44,313 nucleotides of DNA from Actinomycetota bacterium (GCA_009702525.1 WLHW01000001.1:1-44313); one strand, 5' to 3'. Numbered from the stretch's first letter, positions 22,149 through 33,491 are shown. Translations and numbers: made by a program. The notes: generated by a model not told the origin, from the letters alone.

Positions 22149-23201
22149 CTACTTGCGACCTTTGCGCTTTGGTTGATTACGTGGGCCACGTGGTCGATCC
22201 TCTAGATCAACTGTGGTTGCTGCGGCAACAACTGGAGCCGCCCCACGACCATTTACTCGCTTAGCTAAGGCGATCATCGCTGGCTCCTTTTCGCGCAACT
22301 GCGCAAGCACAGGAGGTGCGATGAAGACCGATGAATACGTTCCAACTGCTAAACCAATGAAGAGAGCAAGAGAGAGATCTTTAAGTGTTCCAGCGCCTAG
22401 GAGTCCAGCACCTACAAACAAAATTGACCCCACTGGTAGTAGTGCGATGAGCGAGGTATTGAAGGAACGAACAATAGTCTGGTTCACAGCCAAGTTAGTT
22501 GCCTGAGAATATGTTTGCTTTGACGTAGCGGTGATCGTGCGAGTATTTTCACGAATTTTATCGAAGACTACAACCGTGTCATAGAGTGAGTAGCCAAGAA
22601 TTGTTAAGAAACCGATAACTGTCGCTGGCGTAACATCAAAACCAACAAGTGCGTAAATTCCAACGGTAATGAAAACGTCGTGGACTACTGCAACTATGGC
22701 AGCAACTGCCATCTTAGGTTCAAAGGCCATAGCTAAATAGAGCATGACGCAGATAAGGAATCCGAATAAGCCATACAGCGCTTTACGGGTAATTTCCTTA
22801 CCCCATGATGGTCCAACGATCTGTGAATCGATTGAATCTGTTGTTACACCAAATTTACTTGCAAGGGCATCTTGAACTGCATTGTTTTGTGCATTATCAA
22901 GTGCGACAGTTTGAACACGAACCTTGTCGGTTCCAATATTTTGAACAATTAACTCCCCAGGAATTCCTGTTGCAGTTACAGCTGCACGTGCATCTGCAAT
23001 AGAAGCATTCGCCTTATTAACGGTGAAAGACGAGCCACCCTTAAATTCGATTCCAAGATGTAACCCTTGCAGAGTTAGTGCACCTATCGATGCGAGAATA
23101 AATAGAGCTGAAATTGAGTACCAGCGACGACGTCGACCAATAAAATCAACAGATGTCTCACCGCGATAGAGGCGTCCACCTAGACCTGAGAGCTTTGACA
23201 T
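22149..23201 (-). CDS. secF: Protein translocase subunit SecF
   Basis: LGIEFKGG, GYSLYDTVVVFDKIRE. Confidence 0.97.
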   Translation of the reverse strand: MSKLSGLGGRLYRGETSVDFIGRRRRWYSISALFILASIGALTLQGLHLGIEFKGGSSFTVNKANASIADARAAVTATGIPGELIVQNIGTDKVRVQTVALDNAQNNAVQDALASKFGVTTDSIDSQIVGPSWGKEITRKALYGLFGFLICVMLYLAMAFEPKMAVAAIVAVVHDVFITVGIYALVGFDVTPATVIGFLTILGYSLYDTVVVFDKIRENTRTITATSKQTYSQATNLAVNQTIVRSFNTSLIALLPVGSILFVGAGLLGAGTLKDLSLALFIGLAVGTYSSVFIAPPVLAQLREKEPAMIALAKRVNGRGAAPVVAAATTVDLEDRPRGPRNQPKRKGRK

Positions 23202-23203
23202 TA

Positions 23204-24715
23204 TTACGCCTCCTTTACTACGGGCAGGGTTCCAGTGCTCTTAGCCGATAGACCAGAGTAGCGATGACCGGATGAGAAGAAATTCAATCGAGAAAGAATT
23301 GTCACAAGTGGCTTAGTAAAGACAAAGACAACAATAAGATCGACTAATGTTGTTAAACCGAGTGTGAAAGCGAAACCTCGCACACCTCCCACTGCGAAGA
23401 AATAGAGAAGTACGGCAGCGATAATCGAGACAAAGTCGGCGACCAAAATCGTATGACGTGCCCGCTGCCAACCAGTTTCAACGGCCATTCTCAGCGTTCG
23501 TCCTTCACGAATTTCATCACGAATACGCTCGAAATAGATGATGAATGAGTCAGCAGTAACACCGATCGCCACAATGGCACCAGCGATTCCAGCTAACGTC
23601 AGAGTAAATCCGATCCATTTTCCTAAGAGCAAGAAGAGAAGATAGACGAGAGAACCCGCAACTAAGAGTGAACCCACAGTTACAAAACCGAGTCCGCGAT
23701 AGTAAAGAAGGGAGTAAAGAAGAACTAAACCAAGACCCAAGCCACCTGCGATAAGGCCAGCGTTAAGTTGGTCAGCACCCAATGTCGGTGAGACTTGCTG
23801 CACTTCACCGCGATCAAAAGCCAGCGGTAGTGCGCCGTACTTTAAAACATTAGCTAAATCTTGTGCTTCAACTTGCGTGAAGCTACCAGTGATCTGTGCA
23901 CTTCCAGATGGAATTGCTTCATTGATTCGTGGTGCAGAGACAACTAAACCATCAAGAACGATTGCTACTTGATTCAATGGTTCGGCAAGTGTGGTCACAC
24001 GAGCTGTGAGCGCACCAAAAGCCTTAGTTCCTTCTCCGTTAAAAGTTAAGTTTACGTACCACGCACTACCACCTTGAGTGTCGATGCTGGCAGATGCCTT
24101 AGAAACTTGACGTCCCAAAACTTCAGCTGGAGCCAAAATGTATTTTGTGGTTCCTGAGCGATCACAGACTGCAATCGCTTCGGTTGGCGAATCAGCGCCA
24201 GTGCCTTGTAAGTTTTCTGATTTTGTACAATCCAGAACCGCAAACTTTGCATTAACTGCAGCGCTCACACCAGCCGTTGGAGTTGCGGTTGCATCGACTG
24301 CACCAGTAGATACAGCGCGCGCTAAAACTTGTCGGAAACGAAGTTCGGCAGTCTGTCCTACTAATTCAACTACGCGTCGTCCAGTATCCCCTGGAACTGA
24401 GATAACAATCTGGCGATTGGTACCACTTCCTTGCGCGGCAACTTCGGACTCTGCAACACCGAGAGAGTTAACGCGTTGGCGAATAATAGAGACTGCTTGA
24501 TCGATCGCTTCGTTAGTAACTTTTCCACTCTCACCCGGTGCAATACGGGGTTGAAGAGTTACTGAAGTTCCACCACGAAGGTCGAGGCCTAAACGTACTG
24601 ACGTGGCACCTTGGACAAATACGAGCCCGGTCATGGCGATAAGCACCAAGCCTAGGATGGCAAGTGAACGAGCTGGGCGTGCAGTCGTCTTTACTGGTTT
24701 ATTAGTTGTAGACAT
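23204..24715 (-). CDS. secD: Protein translocase subunit SecD
   Basis: LGLDLRGG, RVNSLGVAE, DSFIIYFERIRDE. Confidence 0.97.
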   Translation of the reverse strand: MSTTNKPVKTTARPARSLAILGLVLIAMTGLVFVQGATSVRLGLDLRGGTSVTLQPRIAPGESGKVTNEAIDQAVSIIRQRVNSLGVAESEVAAQGSGTNRQIVISVPGDTGRRVVELVGQTAELRFRQVLARAVSTGAVDATATPTAGVSAAVNAKFAVLDCTKSENLQGTGADSPTEAIAVCDRSGTTKYILAPAEVLGRQVSKASASIDTQGGSAWYVNLTFNGEGTKAFGALTARVTTLAEPLNQVAIVLDGLVVSAPRINEAIPSGSAQITGSFTQVEAQDLANVLKYGALPLAFDRGEVQQVSPTLGADQLNAGLIAGGLGLGLVLLYSLLYYRGLGFVTVGSLLVAGSLVYLLFLLLGKWIGFTLTLAGIAGAIVAIGVTADSFIIYFERIRDEIREGRTLRMAVETGWQRARHTILVADFVSIIAAVLLYFFAVGGVRGFAFTLGLTTLVDLIVVFVFTKPLVTILSRLNFFSSGHRYSGLSAKSTGTLPVVKEA

Positions 24716-24726
24716 AGACGCAGAGT

Positions 24727-25767
24727 CTAGGCATCAATTGGCGGTGTGTCGAAAAGCGAGGCGATTTGAGAAGGTGGTGTTCGTCCTATGTGGGTGTATC
24801 CAAGGGCTGTAGCCACTCGGCCTCGAGGGGTTCTGGCCATAAATCCATTTCTGACAAGAAACGGCTCAGCCACAGACTCCACCGTTTCAACCTCTTCACC
24901 AACTGCAATTGCCAACGTGGATAGACCTACAGGACCACCATTGAAGCGCTCCACCAAAGCCGTCAGCACGGCACGGTCTAAACGATCTAAGCCCATCTCA
25001 TCGACTTCATAAATCTCTAGTGCAGTTCGAGCTGTAGGCAGATCAATCACAGACGTTTCTTGAACTTGGCCATAGTCACGAACTCGGCGCAGAAGTCGAT
25101 TTGCAATGCGAGGAGTTCCACGAGAGCGACGAGATATTTCAATGACTGCATCTGTGTCAATGGCGATCTTTAACAAAGCGGCGCTGCGCGTAATTACCTG
25201 AGCTAATTCGGAATCGGAATAAAAATCTAGGTGAGCGGTAAAACCAAAACGATCACGAAGTGGACTAGTTAAAAGGCCACTGCGAGTCGTTGCTCCAACA
25301 AGGGTGAAGTGCGGAAGTTGGAGTGGAATCGCAGTTGCACCAGGACCTTTGCCTACAACAACATCAACTCGAAAATCCTCCATCGCTAAGTAGAGCAACT
25401 CCTCTGCCGGACGTGGAAGTCTATGAATCTCATCTAGAAAAAGAATTTCTCCCTCAACAAGTGAAGAGAGAATTGCAGCTAAATCCCCTGCATGTGTAAT
25501 CGCCGGACCACTAGTGATTCGAATCGGTGCTGACATCTCGCTAGCTAAAATTAATGCGAGCGTAGTTTTACCAAGTCCAGGTGGACCGGATAATAAGATG
25601 TGATCCGCTGGCGAATTTCTATGTCGTGCCGCAGTAAGCAATACATCTATCTGCTCGCGCACTCTATGTTGGCCAATAAACTCCTTGAGATTATTGGGAC
25701 GTAAAGCATGTTCGAGTGCCGACTCCTCACCTTTTATCGTCGGCTCAACTAAACGATCGTCAGCCAC
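24727..25767 (-). CDS. ruvB: Holliday junction helicase RuvB
   Basis: [22 protein letters not shown]; start moved to GTG 25767 overlapping ruvA stop. Confidence 0.97.
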   Translation of the reverse strand: MADDRLVEPTIKGEESALEHALRPNNLKEFIGQHRVREQIDVLLTAARHRNSPADHILLSGPPGLGKTTLALILASEMSAPIRITSGPAITHAGDLAAILSSLVEGEILFLDEIHRLPRPAEELLYLAMEDFRVDVVVGKGPGATAIPLQLPHFTLVGATTRSGLLTSPLRDRFGFTAHLDFYSDSELAQVITRSAALLKIAIDTDAVIEISRRSRGTPRIANRLLRRVRDYGQVQETSVIDLPTARTALEIYEVDEMGLDRLDRAVLTALVERFNGGPVGLSTLAIAVGEEVETVESVAEPFLVRNGFMARTPRGRVATALGYTHIGRTPPSQIASLFDTPPIDA

Positions 25768-26374
25768 GAGAACTCTTTCCATTTGCGAGAGCGTCCTTAA
25801 GTAAATCACTCATAGCTACCGTTGATGCATCGATACCATCTGATTGCAAACGGCTAACTAAAGCACCGATTGCTTGATCTGAATCCTTAGGAGAAAAACC
25901 AAGAGATACCAATGCGCTTGTTAGCTGTTCGCGCCAAGCAGGTTGATGACCTCTATATGTATCAGAGTCTGAAAGATCAGATAGTTTTCCTTTGAGCTCT
26001 AAAATCATTCGCTGCGCGCCTTTTCGTCCGATGCCAGGGACTCGTTCAATGGCCGCTACATCTTCTTGTGCGATGGCGCGAGCCAAATCTTCCGGCGTAA
26101 GCACGCTCAAAATAGAGAGCGCAACCTTAGGTCCTACGCCAGATACGGTCTGAACTAGTTCGAAAAAACCTCGTGCTTGTTCGCTGAGAAAACCAAACAA
26201 TGTCAGTGAATCTTCTCGTACGACGAGTGATGTAAAGAGTTGCACCGATGAACCTAAAGTAACGCCATTACTTGTTGCTGGGTTCACTAGAACGCTTAAC
26301 CCAATTCCGCCTACCTCGACGATCAGGCGATCGGTATGAATCGCGCGAACAGTTCCCGTGAGCATTGAAATCAT
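25760..26374 (-). CDS. ruvA: Holliday junction binding protein RuvA
   Basis: [26 protein letters not shown] HhH motifs. Confidence 0.97.
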   Translation of the reverse strand: MISMLTGTVRAIHTDRLIVEVGGIGLSVLVNPATSNGVTLGSSVQLFTSLVVREDSLTLFGFLSEQARGFFELVQTVSGVGPKVALSILSVLTPEDLARAIAQEDVAAIERVPGIGRKGAQRMILELKGKLSDLSDSDTYRGHQPAWREQLTSALVSLGFSPKDSDQAIGALVSRLQSDGIDASTVAMSDLLKDALANGKSSRG

Positions 26375-26911
26375 TTAGGCACGCAAACCTTTTAAGCGAA
26401 TCTTTTCGGCAGCTAGAGCTTCGGAAATTTTTGCATTCGCTGCGCCTCGCCAAATATTACAAATTGCAAGTGCTAAAGCATCGGTGGCGTCAACGGGCTT
26501 AGGAATACTTTCAAGGTTAAGAAGTTTTTGAACCATCTGTGCGACTTGGGCTTTATTGGCTCGACCAGACCCAGTCACTGCAGCTTTAACTTCACTCGGC
26601 GTATGCATCATGACAGGAATTCCGCACTTAGCTGCAATCAAAAGTGCGATACCTGCAGCTTGACCGGTCCCCATGACGGTGCGCACATTGTGCTGTGCGA
26701 ATACACGTTCAACAGCGATGACATCAGGATTCCATAATGAAACCCATTCATTTATCTGTCGATCTAACTCTAAGAGTCGCTGCTCCAGTGCCAACTCTGC
26801 CGGAGTAAGAATCACTCCTACTCCCACCATTGTGAGTGGCGAACCCACAGTTCCCTCAACAATGCCAATTCCGCAACGGGTTAAGCCTGGATCAATTCCC
26901 AGTACTCGCAT
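26375..26911 (-). CDS. ruvC: Crossover junction endodeoxyribonuclease RuvC
   Basis: [22 protein letters not shown]. Confidence 0.97.
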   Translation of the reverse strand: MRVLGIDPGLTRCGIGIVEGTVGSPLTMVGVGVILTPAELALEQRLLELDRQINEWVSLWNPDVIAVERVFAQHNVRTVMGTGQAAGIALLIAAKCGIPVMMHTPSEVKAAVTGSGRANKAQVAQMVQKLLNLESIPKPVDATDALALAICNIWRGAANAKISEALAAEKIRLKGLRA

Positions 26912-26971
26912 TGCGTCACCCGATTCCTCATTCAGTTCAAGACTTCTAGCCTAAGGTTCTCACCCAGAGAG

Positions 26972-27724
26972 TTAGTCCAGGCTCGCCATAACCTCATCGG
27001 AAACATCGAAGTTACTGAAGACGTTTTGTACGTCATCCAGCTCTTCAATTGCATCGATGAGTTCAAATACCTTTTTGGCTCCATCGGCATCTAACTCAAT
27101 CTGCATCGATGGTAAAAAGGACGAGTCAGCCGATTCGTAGTCAATACCAGCGGTTTGCAACGCTGTTCTTACTACTACCAAATCACTGGACTCGCTGACA
27201 ACTTCAAAGGCTTCACCTAAATCATTTACTTCTTCAGCCCCGGCATCTAAAACAGCCTCTAAAATTAAATCTTCAGTTAAGCCTTCGATCTTCTTAACAA
27301 TAATCACGCCTTTACGATTGAACAAATAAGCAACAGAACCTGGATCGGCCATCGAACCGCCATTTCTAGTGACTGCAACGCGAACCTCTGAGGAAGATCT
27401 ATTTCGATTATCCGTTAAACACTCAATCATGATTGCAACACCGTTAGGGCCGTAACCCTCATACATAATTGTCTGATAATCCGCAGCGCCTAATTCCAAA
27501 CCAGCACCGCGTTTGATTGCACGTTCAATATTGTCAGCAGGCATTGAGGACTTTTTCGCCTTTGTGATTGCATCAAAAAGAGTTGGGTTTCCTTCGATAT
27601 CAGCTCCACCGTTTCGCGCTGCAACTTCAATCGCACGAATCTGCTTAGCGAAAACCTTTGCACGTCGGCTATCGATAATCGCCTTTTTGTGCTTGGTTGT
27701 CGCCCACTTGGAATGGCCTGACAT
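26972..27724 (-). CDS. yebC: YebC/PmpR family protein
   Basis: [26 protein letters not shown]. Confidence 0.96.
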   Translation of the reverse strand: MSGHSKWATTKHKKAIIDSRRAKVFAKQIRAIEVAARNGGADIEGNPTLFDAITKAKKSSMPADNIERAIKRGAGLELGAADYQTIMYEGYGPNGVAIMIECLTDNRNRSSSEVRVAVTRNGGSMADPGSVAYLFNRKGVIIVKKIEGLTEDLILEAVLDAGAEEVNDLGEAFEVVSESSDLVVVRTALQTAGIDYESADSSFLPSMQIELDADGAKKVFELIDAIEELDDVQNVFSNFDVSDEVMASLD

Positions 27725-27751
27725 GGTGAACTCCTTTTTCCTTGACTCGAA

Positions 27752-28348
27752 CTACTGTACCTTCTGCAATGCGGGCTTTGCTACTTCATCAATAAAATAA
27801 CGATGAATACGGTGATCGGCAGTTAGTTCTGGATGGAATGACGTAGCAAGTAGATGTCCAGATCGGACTGCCACAGGATGCGTATCTACGCGTGATAATA
27901 CTTCTACATCCTTACCCACTCGCTCAACCCACGGCGCTCTAATGAATACCGCGCGAATTAATTCCTTAGAACCATCATCGAATTCAATATCGGACTCAAA
28001 TGAATCTACTTGGCGACCGAATGCATTGCGCCTTACGGTTATATCTAAACCACCGAATGTTTTTTGATCTTCTTTAGCATCCAAAATTTCATCTGCTAAT
28101 AAAATCATTCCGGCACAGGATCCATACACAGGCATTCCATGGGCAATGCGTGACTTCAGTGGTTCAAATAAACCAAAAATCTCGGCTAACTGAGCGATTG
28201 TGGTTGATTCACCACCCGGCAAAACAAGCGCATCAACAGCAGCGAGCTCACTGGCTCTGCGAACAGTTGTTGGGGTAACACCACATGCGATGAGTGCGCT
28301 TATATGTTCGCGCACATCACCTTGTAATGCGAGTACTCCAACCTTCAT
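27752..28348 (-). CDS. pdxT: PLP synthase glutaminase subunit
   Basis: LALQGD, PGGESTT, GSCAGMI, FHPEL. Confidence 0.98.
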   Translation of the reverse strand: MKVGVLALQGDVREHISALIACGVTPTTVRRASELAAVDALVLPGGESTTIAQLAEIFGLFEPLKSRIAHGMPVYGSCAGMILLADEILDAKEDQKTFGGLDITVRRNAFGRQVDSFESDIEFDDGSKELIRAVFIRAPWVERVGKDVEVLSRVDTHPVAVRSGHLLATSFHPELTADHRIHRYFIDEVAKPALQKVQ

Positions 28349-28360
28349 TTACTTTTTCGA

Positions 28361-29248
28361 TTACCAACCGCGCTCAGCAAGGCGGTGCGGCGCTGGAAGA
28401 TCGGCGACATTGATACCGACCATGGCCTCACCCAAACCGCGTGATGCATCTGCAATAACTTTAGGATCATCCCAAAATGTTGTTGCACGTACACATGCTG
28501 CAGCACGTTGCGCAGGATTACCAGATTTGAATATTCCAGAGCCAATGAAAACACCATCTGCGCCCATGCTCATCATGAGTGCTGCATCGGCAGGTGTGGC
28601 AATTCCACCAGCAGTGAAAAGAACAACGGGAAGTTTGCCCTTTTCTGCAACTTCTTTTACTAACTCATATGGGGCTTGTAACTCTTTAGCCGCTACATAT
28701 AGTTCGTCTTCACGCAAAGATGACAGTCGTCGGATTTCGCCATTTATTTCGCGCATATGTTGCATGGCATTAGAAACATCTCCAGTACCTGCTTCACCTT
28801 TTGAGCGAATCATTGCGGCACCTTCATTAATTCGGCGAAGTGCCTCTCCCAAATTTGTCGCACCGCAAACAAATGGAACGGTGAAATTCCACTTATCGAT
28901 GTGATTTTTGTAATCGGCAGGTGTAAGCACTTCAGATTCATCTATGTAATCGACGCCTAGTGATTGTAGAACTTGAGCTTCAACGAAGTGGCCGATGCGA
29001 GCCTTTGCCATAACTGGAATTGAGACTGCCGCTTGAATTTTTTCAATCATGTCAGGATCTGACATCCGAGCTACGCCACCTTGGGCGCGAATATCGGCAG
29101 GTACGCGTTCTAGGGCCATGACTGCAACAGCGCCAGCGTCTTCGGCAATCTTTGCTTGCTCAGCATTAACGACATCCATGATGACGCCACCTTTGAGCAT
29201 CTCTGCCATGCCGCGCTTGACTCGTCCAGTACCTGTTACTTCAGCCAT
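28361..29248 (-). CDS. pdxS: PLP synthase lyase subunit
   Basis: [32 protein letters not shown]. Confidence 0.98.
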   Translation of the reverse strand: MAEVTGTGRVKRGMAEMLKGGVIMDVVNAEQAKIAEDAGAVAVMALERVPADIRAQGGVARMSDPDMIEKIQAAVSIPVMAKARIGHFVEAQVLQSLGVDYIDESEVLTPADYKNHIDKWNFTVPFVCGATNLGEALRRINEGAAMIRSKGEAGTGDVSNAMQHMREINGEIRRLSSLREDELYVAAKELQAPYELVKEVAEKGKLPVVLFTAGGIATPADAALMMSMGADGVFIGSGIFKSGNPAQRAAACVRATTFWDDPKVIADASRGLGEAMVGINVADLPAPHRLAERGW

Positions 29249-29289
29249 TGCCGTTCTCCGATTTTCTGAGCTCTAATAGATGGTCCATC

Positions 29290-30312
29290 CTACTTTGTCG
29301 CTGAGCTACTCGCTTGCGGCATTGGATAGGTGAAATCTGGGGCTTTAGCCGTTAGGGCGACCCAGATCTGGCCTGGCGCGAAAAGGATTGGCGCGCCTTG
29401 TGCATCGCTCCAGGTAGTACCAACAGCTGCGCTACTTCGAACCCACGTGCCAGCAAAAGTTTGACCGTCTCGAAGAATAAATCCACTACCGCTTCCAACA
29501 GTATTCGAAAATGGAGTCACTCCCCCAACTTTATCGTGATACTCCGAATCTGTAATTGTAACTAATTGAATAACTACAGTTGTAGGGCATAACTGTTTAC
29601 CAGTTCTGACCACATTGGGATTCGAGTTATGGAAAAGTAACCAACATCCATCTTTTGTTGACCAATCAGCTCTATATCGAGCGGCTGGCCAATGCATTGT
29701 CGCTGTGGTTGTACTCACTCCATTATCTGGTGCTTTGCCGAAACTCCACCCGACTGTTTTCGCAGTATCAACTTGATAACCCTTTTCAATAATCTTTGCC
29801 ATTAAAAGATCAGCGCGCAAGACCATTGAATATGGATTCACTCTGGTGACATCACGGGTATAAATCGTTGGTGGCTGCGCTTGTGCGCCAAGATTTTGCA
29901 GATTAGCAGCTGCTATGACCGGTAGAAGTTTCTTCTGAGCACCGCTGTAAGCAAATGCGACTCGTCCGTATTGACTTAAAATCTCTATATCCGAAATTCT
30001 CGCGCTTCTAATAGGTCCGACATCAGTGGGAAGACGAGAAGAAAAAATTGCAGCCAAGCGTGTGAGACCGCCTTCTACCTGTTCGATATAGACGACATCG
30101 GCGTCTTCAATACCAATTTGTGGGTGCGCCATATTTGTATCATCGATTTTGACGGCAAGCACTTTGCCATTAGCGCCTTCTCGACCGCTCAGGACGTTGG
30201 TTTCAACGTGCTTGGGTTTGAGATTGCCGATTGTTGACGACACCGTGCTACAGCTTGCAAGGCAAAGAGAAAGTGTTGCAATGCCAATTAATATAAATAA
30301 TCTAGAGCGCAT
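29290..30312 (-). CDS. DUF3048 family lipoprotein
   Basis: Lipobox LASC; AVKIDD, ADVVYIEQVEGGLTRL, GPIRSAR, PGQIWV; start taken at ATG 30312. Confidence 0.85.
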   Translation of the reverse strand: MRSRLFILIGIATLSLCLASCSTVSSTIGNLKPKHVETNVLSGREGANGKVLAVKIDDTNMAHPQIGIEDADVVYIEQVEGGLTRLAAIFSSRLPTDVGPIRSARISDIEILSQYGRVAFAYSGAQKKLLPVIAAANLQNLGAQAQPPTIYTRDVTRVNPYSMVLRADLLMAKIIEKGYQVDTAKTVGWSFGKAPDNGVSTTTATMHWPAARYRADWSTKDGCWLLFHNSNPNVVRTGKQLCPTTVVIQLVTITDSEYHDKVGGVTPFSNTVGSGSGFILRDGQTFAGTWVRSSAAVGTTWSDAQGAPILFAPGQIWVALTAKAPDFTYPMPQASSSATK

Positions 30313-30805
30313 CAGTTTCAAACTCATATGTTACTGGCAAGGGTGCGGTGCCTGCCAAACGGAAGAGACGAATCGCAACTCTCTTGCGCACTGCTTGGGT
30401 TGAAGAGACTGAATCGGTGTGTATCGAGATAGCAATACGAATTTTCGTAGTAAGGGCTGCTAACTCTTCGAACAAGGTTTTCTCCGATGGGCTTGCATGA
30501 GTCTGGCCATCGATAAGTAACAGAGCCAAAGCTCCGGATAAGGCCGACTCGGCTCCAGAACGATCCTGTACCGACGCCTCGCGCGCTTGATAGGCTGCAG
30601 ACGTCAGCAGCAATGTAGAAGCTGGATCTGCAAAATCACTACGAGCGATCTCCAACGCGATGGCAGCTCTTCGCTGCAACAAGCCATCAAGATTGGCCCA
30701 GCTTGTCTCAACACGGTGATGTAAGCGATCTAAGCGAGTGGCTAAAAAAGATAGGTACCAAGCACATATTAAGATAATTAAAATGACTAGCAGAATTGAC
30801 CTCAT
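30302..30805 (-). CDS. LemA-like membrane protein
   Basis: N-terminal TM then RLDRLHHRVETSWANLDGLLQRRA; usual position downstream of pimA. Confidence 0.75.
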   Translation of the reverse strand: MRSILLVILIILICAWYLSFLATRLDRLHHRVETSWANLDGLLQRRAAIALEIARSDFADPASTLLLTSAAYQAREASVQDRSGAESALSGALALLLIDGQTHASPSEKTLFEELAALTTKIRIAISIHTDSVSSTQAVRKRVAIRLFRLAGTAPLPVTYEFETDAL

Positions 30806-31986
30806 TTTTTGTCCTCATCACGATTGAGAAAGCGATTCCACGATCTGCTATCTGAAACCAAAGTAACGCCTTCTCCGCCAACTAATGCCATTTCGTAGAT
30901 AGAGAATATTTGTTTAGCGACTACTTCCCAATCAAATATCTGAGCATGGGCTTTACCAGCTCGGGCTAATTCAACGCGTTTGGTGTCATCGCGCAATAAA
31001 TCAATAATTACTTTAGCCAAGTGCGTTGAGTTCTCAGATTCAAAGAGTGCGCCATATTCTCCCCCACCTAATAAGGAATCAAATGCCGGAATATCACTGG
31101 CAACAGCACACGCTCCGCCAGCCAAGGCTTCAGCCAAAATGATTCCAAAAGACTCACCACCTGTATTCGGCGCGACATAGATAGCAACGGATGACATAAA
31201 ATCTGCCTTCTCTTGTTCGCTAATTCGCCCTAAAAATTCAAAACGCTTGCGTAACTGTGGATCAATCTCTTTGATTACATCCTCTGGATCCCCAGGCCCG
31301 GCAACAAAAACTTTTACGTCGGGTGCAAATCGGGCGATTATTGGTAGCGCATCAATTAAAACCTGTAAACCTTTTCTTGGTTCCTCAAAGCGGCCAATAA
31401 AACCAATGGTGTTGCCGCTCCATTTTTCTTGGTGCGTACCGTTGGCATACCTGTTCGCATAAATACCATTAGGTATAACTACAGCATCAGTGTCCAAATG
31501 GTTCGTCAGTGTTAGGCGTGCAGCTTCAGAGACTGCAATGCGGGCCGAAAGCTTTTCTATTGCAGGTTCTAGGATAGGTCCGATCGCATAGATAACTTTT
31601 TGATGTTTTGCTGCAGCATGAAAGGTTCCCACCATCGGACCTTCAGCAGCCCAGCATGCTAATAGAGAAATTGATGGAATCGCAGGTTCATGAAGGTGTA
31701 AAAGATCAAAATTTCCTTGGCTTATCCAATGCTTCACGCGATTGAAAGCTATCGGTCCAAATAACACTCGAGCTACCGCGCCGTTATAAGGAATTGAAAT
31801 GGGTTTGCCCGCACTCACAACGTAGTCAGGCAATGTTGATTCATCTATGGCGGGGGCGAGCACTGAAACCGTATGGCCCGATGTGATGAGAAATTCTGCC
31901 AAGTCACGAATATGGTTTTGTACTCCTCCAGGTGTGTCCCATCCGTAAGGACAAACAATCCCAATTGTCAGTTTCTTAGTTAGCAT
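30802..31986 (-). CDS. pimA: GT4 phosphatidylinositol alpha-mannosyltransferase
   Basis: IVCPY..PGGVQ, HLHEP, EPRKG, GGESFGIILAEA; pgsA-patA-pimA order. Confidence 0.92.
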   Translation of the reverse strand: MLTKKLTIGIVCPYGWDTPGGVQNHIRDLAEFLITSGHTVSVLAPAIDESTLPDYVVSAGKPISIPYNGAVARVLFGPIAFNRVKHWISQGNFDLLHLHEPAIPSISLLACWAAEGPMVGTFHAAAKHQKVIYAIGPILEPAIEKLSARIAVSEAARLTLTNHLDTDAVVIPNGIYANRYANGTHQEKWSGNTIGFIGRFEEPRKGLQVLIDALPIIARFAPDVKVFVAGPGDPEDVIKEIDPQLRKRFEFLGRISEQEKADFMSSVAIYVAPNTGGESFGIILAEALAGGACAVASDIPAFDSLLGGGEYGALFESENSTHLAKVIIDLLRDDTKRVELARAGKAHAQIFDWEVVAKQIFSIYEMALVGGEGVTLVSDSRSWNRFLNRDEDKK

Positions 31987-32870
31987 TATTCGCGGTCCTT
32001 GAAATCGCCATCAATCCAAATCCGTTGCATCATGTGCCAGTCGTGTGGATAGGCGGCAATACCGGCAGCAAAGAGGTCTGCGCTATTTTGTACAATCTGT
32101 GCGATCCGTTCAGTCTCACTGCCTGACATTGGAATTGGGACTAGAGAAAAGTCGATGTGTATTCCGATTTCGGTGTAAGAAATCATGGCGCAAATTAACG
32201 GCGCACCAGTTTTTAAGGCCAAAATAGCGGGCCCAGCCGGCATACGTGCGGGACCACCAAAAAATGTAACATCGATTCCAGAGCGCGATAAATCTCGATC
32301 GGCTGCTAGAGCAATAACGCATCCAGATCGAATCCGCTGCGAAAGAGTTGGAAGCACGCGACCATCTAATGGAAGTGCTTCCATGCCAAAAGCTGCTCGA
32401 TACTCCAGAAATTTGTTGAATAGCGCCTCAGGTTTTAAGTGTTCAGCAACGGTAACAATCTTCGCACCTTTACCGCAAAAATAAGCAGCCGCATGATCGT
32501 AGTTTCCCACATGTGGCAAAGTAACAATTGCCCCTTTACCAGCTGCAATAGCATCGAGGAGGAGGTATTCATTCGTTGCAGTGACCGTGTCATTAATTCG
32601 TGCAGCCGACCAGTCTGGTAATCGGAAAGTGTCACACCAATAACGAATTGAAGATCTCATCGCCTTGTAGACCAGTAGATCCAAATCCAGCTCCGTTATG
32701 TGAGGTTGCGTCCTTGCTAAGTTTGAGCGCAAACGCATAACGCCTTTACCATTACGCTTCGTTACTATGTCTGCAATGCGATTTGCGTTCGAGTAAACAA
32801 ATTTTTCAGGTAGCCAACGCAGAACGCGCCACGCTATAAAATATCCCCACGCTGAAATTGTTTGCATCAT
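31986..32870 (-). CDS. patA: Phosphatidylinositol mannoside acyltransferase
   Basis: LPHVGNYD (Hx4D), DRDL, MPAGPA, DWHMMQ. Confidence 0.9.
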   Translation of the reverse strand: MMQTISAWGYFIAWRVLRWLPEKFVYSNANRIADIVTKRNGKGVMRLRSNLARTQPHITELDLDLLVYKAMRSSIRYWCDTFRLPDWSAARINDTVTATNEYLLLDAIAAGKGAIVTLPHVGNYDHAAAYFCGKGAKIVTVAEHLKPEALFNKFLEYRAAFGMEALPLDGRVLPTLSQRIRSGCVIALAADRDLSRSGIDVTFFGGPARMPAGPAILALKTGAPLICAMISYTEIGIHIDFSLVPIPMSGSETERIAQIVQNSADLFAAGIAAYPHDWHMMQRIWIDGDFKDRE

Positions 32871-33467
32871 TTAACGTAAGGCTCGCTTTACTATAAGCAT
32901 TCTTTGCACAACTGTGGTGAAACCCAAGATAGCAAGGATCCACATTCCGAATGCCAAAACATAAGGAAGACCCAATCCATCTAAGGCAATAGCAGACATG
33001 GAAATCATTAAACGTTCTGTGCGCTCTGCAATACCTCCACTGCATTCAATCTGATAGATCTCAGCTTTAGCGCGAATATAGGGAACTAACATTCCTGTCA
33101 CTAAGCTCACCAAAACAACAGAACTCAATACATCGTTTTGGGCTATCAAATAAATCGTGATACCAATAAGAATCGCTGAATCGGTTATGCGGTCAATTGT
33201 TGAATCTAAAAAGCCGCCCCATGCGCTAGCTCCAGATTGAGAAACTCTGGCCATGGTTCCATCAAACAGATCACTGAGTGCAAAAACAAAAATTACCGCC
33301 GTGCCGCCAAAAAAATCTCCTCGAGGATAGAAATACAGTGCCGAAACAACGACTCCGACCGCCCCTACCCATGTGACCCCATTGGGCGTAATGCCAATTC
33401 GCAGAGCGAACCTGGCTACGGGTGTTATTAATCTCGTAACCGCTGGTTTCAAAGAACGACTAATCAT
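32871..33467 (-). CDS. pgsA: Phosphatidylinositol phosphate synthase (CDP-alcohol phosphotransferase)
   Basis: ITPN, DLFDGTMAR...GGFLDSTIDRITD, YIRAKAE; start moved to ATG 33467 because the ORF-track extension overlaps the opposite gene. Confidence 0.93.
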   Translation of the reverse strand: MISRSLKPAVTRLITPVARFALRIGITPNGVTWVGAVGVVVSALYFYPRGDFFGGTAVIFVFALSDLFDGTMARVSQSGASAWGGFLDSTIDRITDSAILIGITIYLIAQNDVLSSVVLVSLVTGMLVPYIRAKAEIYQIECSGGIAERTERLMISMSAIALDGLGLPYVLAFGMWILAILGFTTVVQRMLIVKRALR

Positions 33468-33475
33468 CAGGTCCC

Positions 33476-33485
33476 ATCGTAGGCT
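33476..33485. promoter_or_regulatory. Overlapping divergent -10 elements
   Basis: ATCGTAGGCT = TAGGCT (+, 6 nt before GTG 33492) and TACGAT (-, 8 nt before ATG 33467) in a 24-bp gap. Confidence 0.65.
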
Positions 33486-33491
33486 GAGCAG

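Noticed and set aside
26912-26971. SOS (LexA) box upstream of ruvCAB
   Set aside because: No GAAC-N4-GTTC found; only a TAGGCT candidate -10
28200-28904. 234-aa plus-strand ORF
   Set aside because: Antisense shadow of the highly conserved pdxS/pdxT genes
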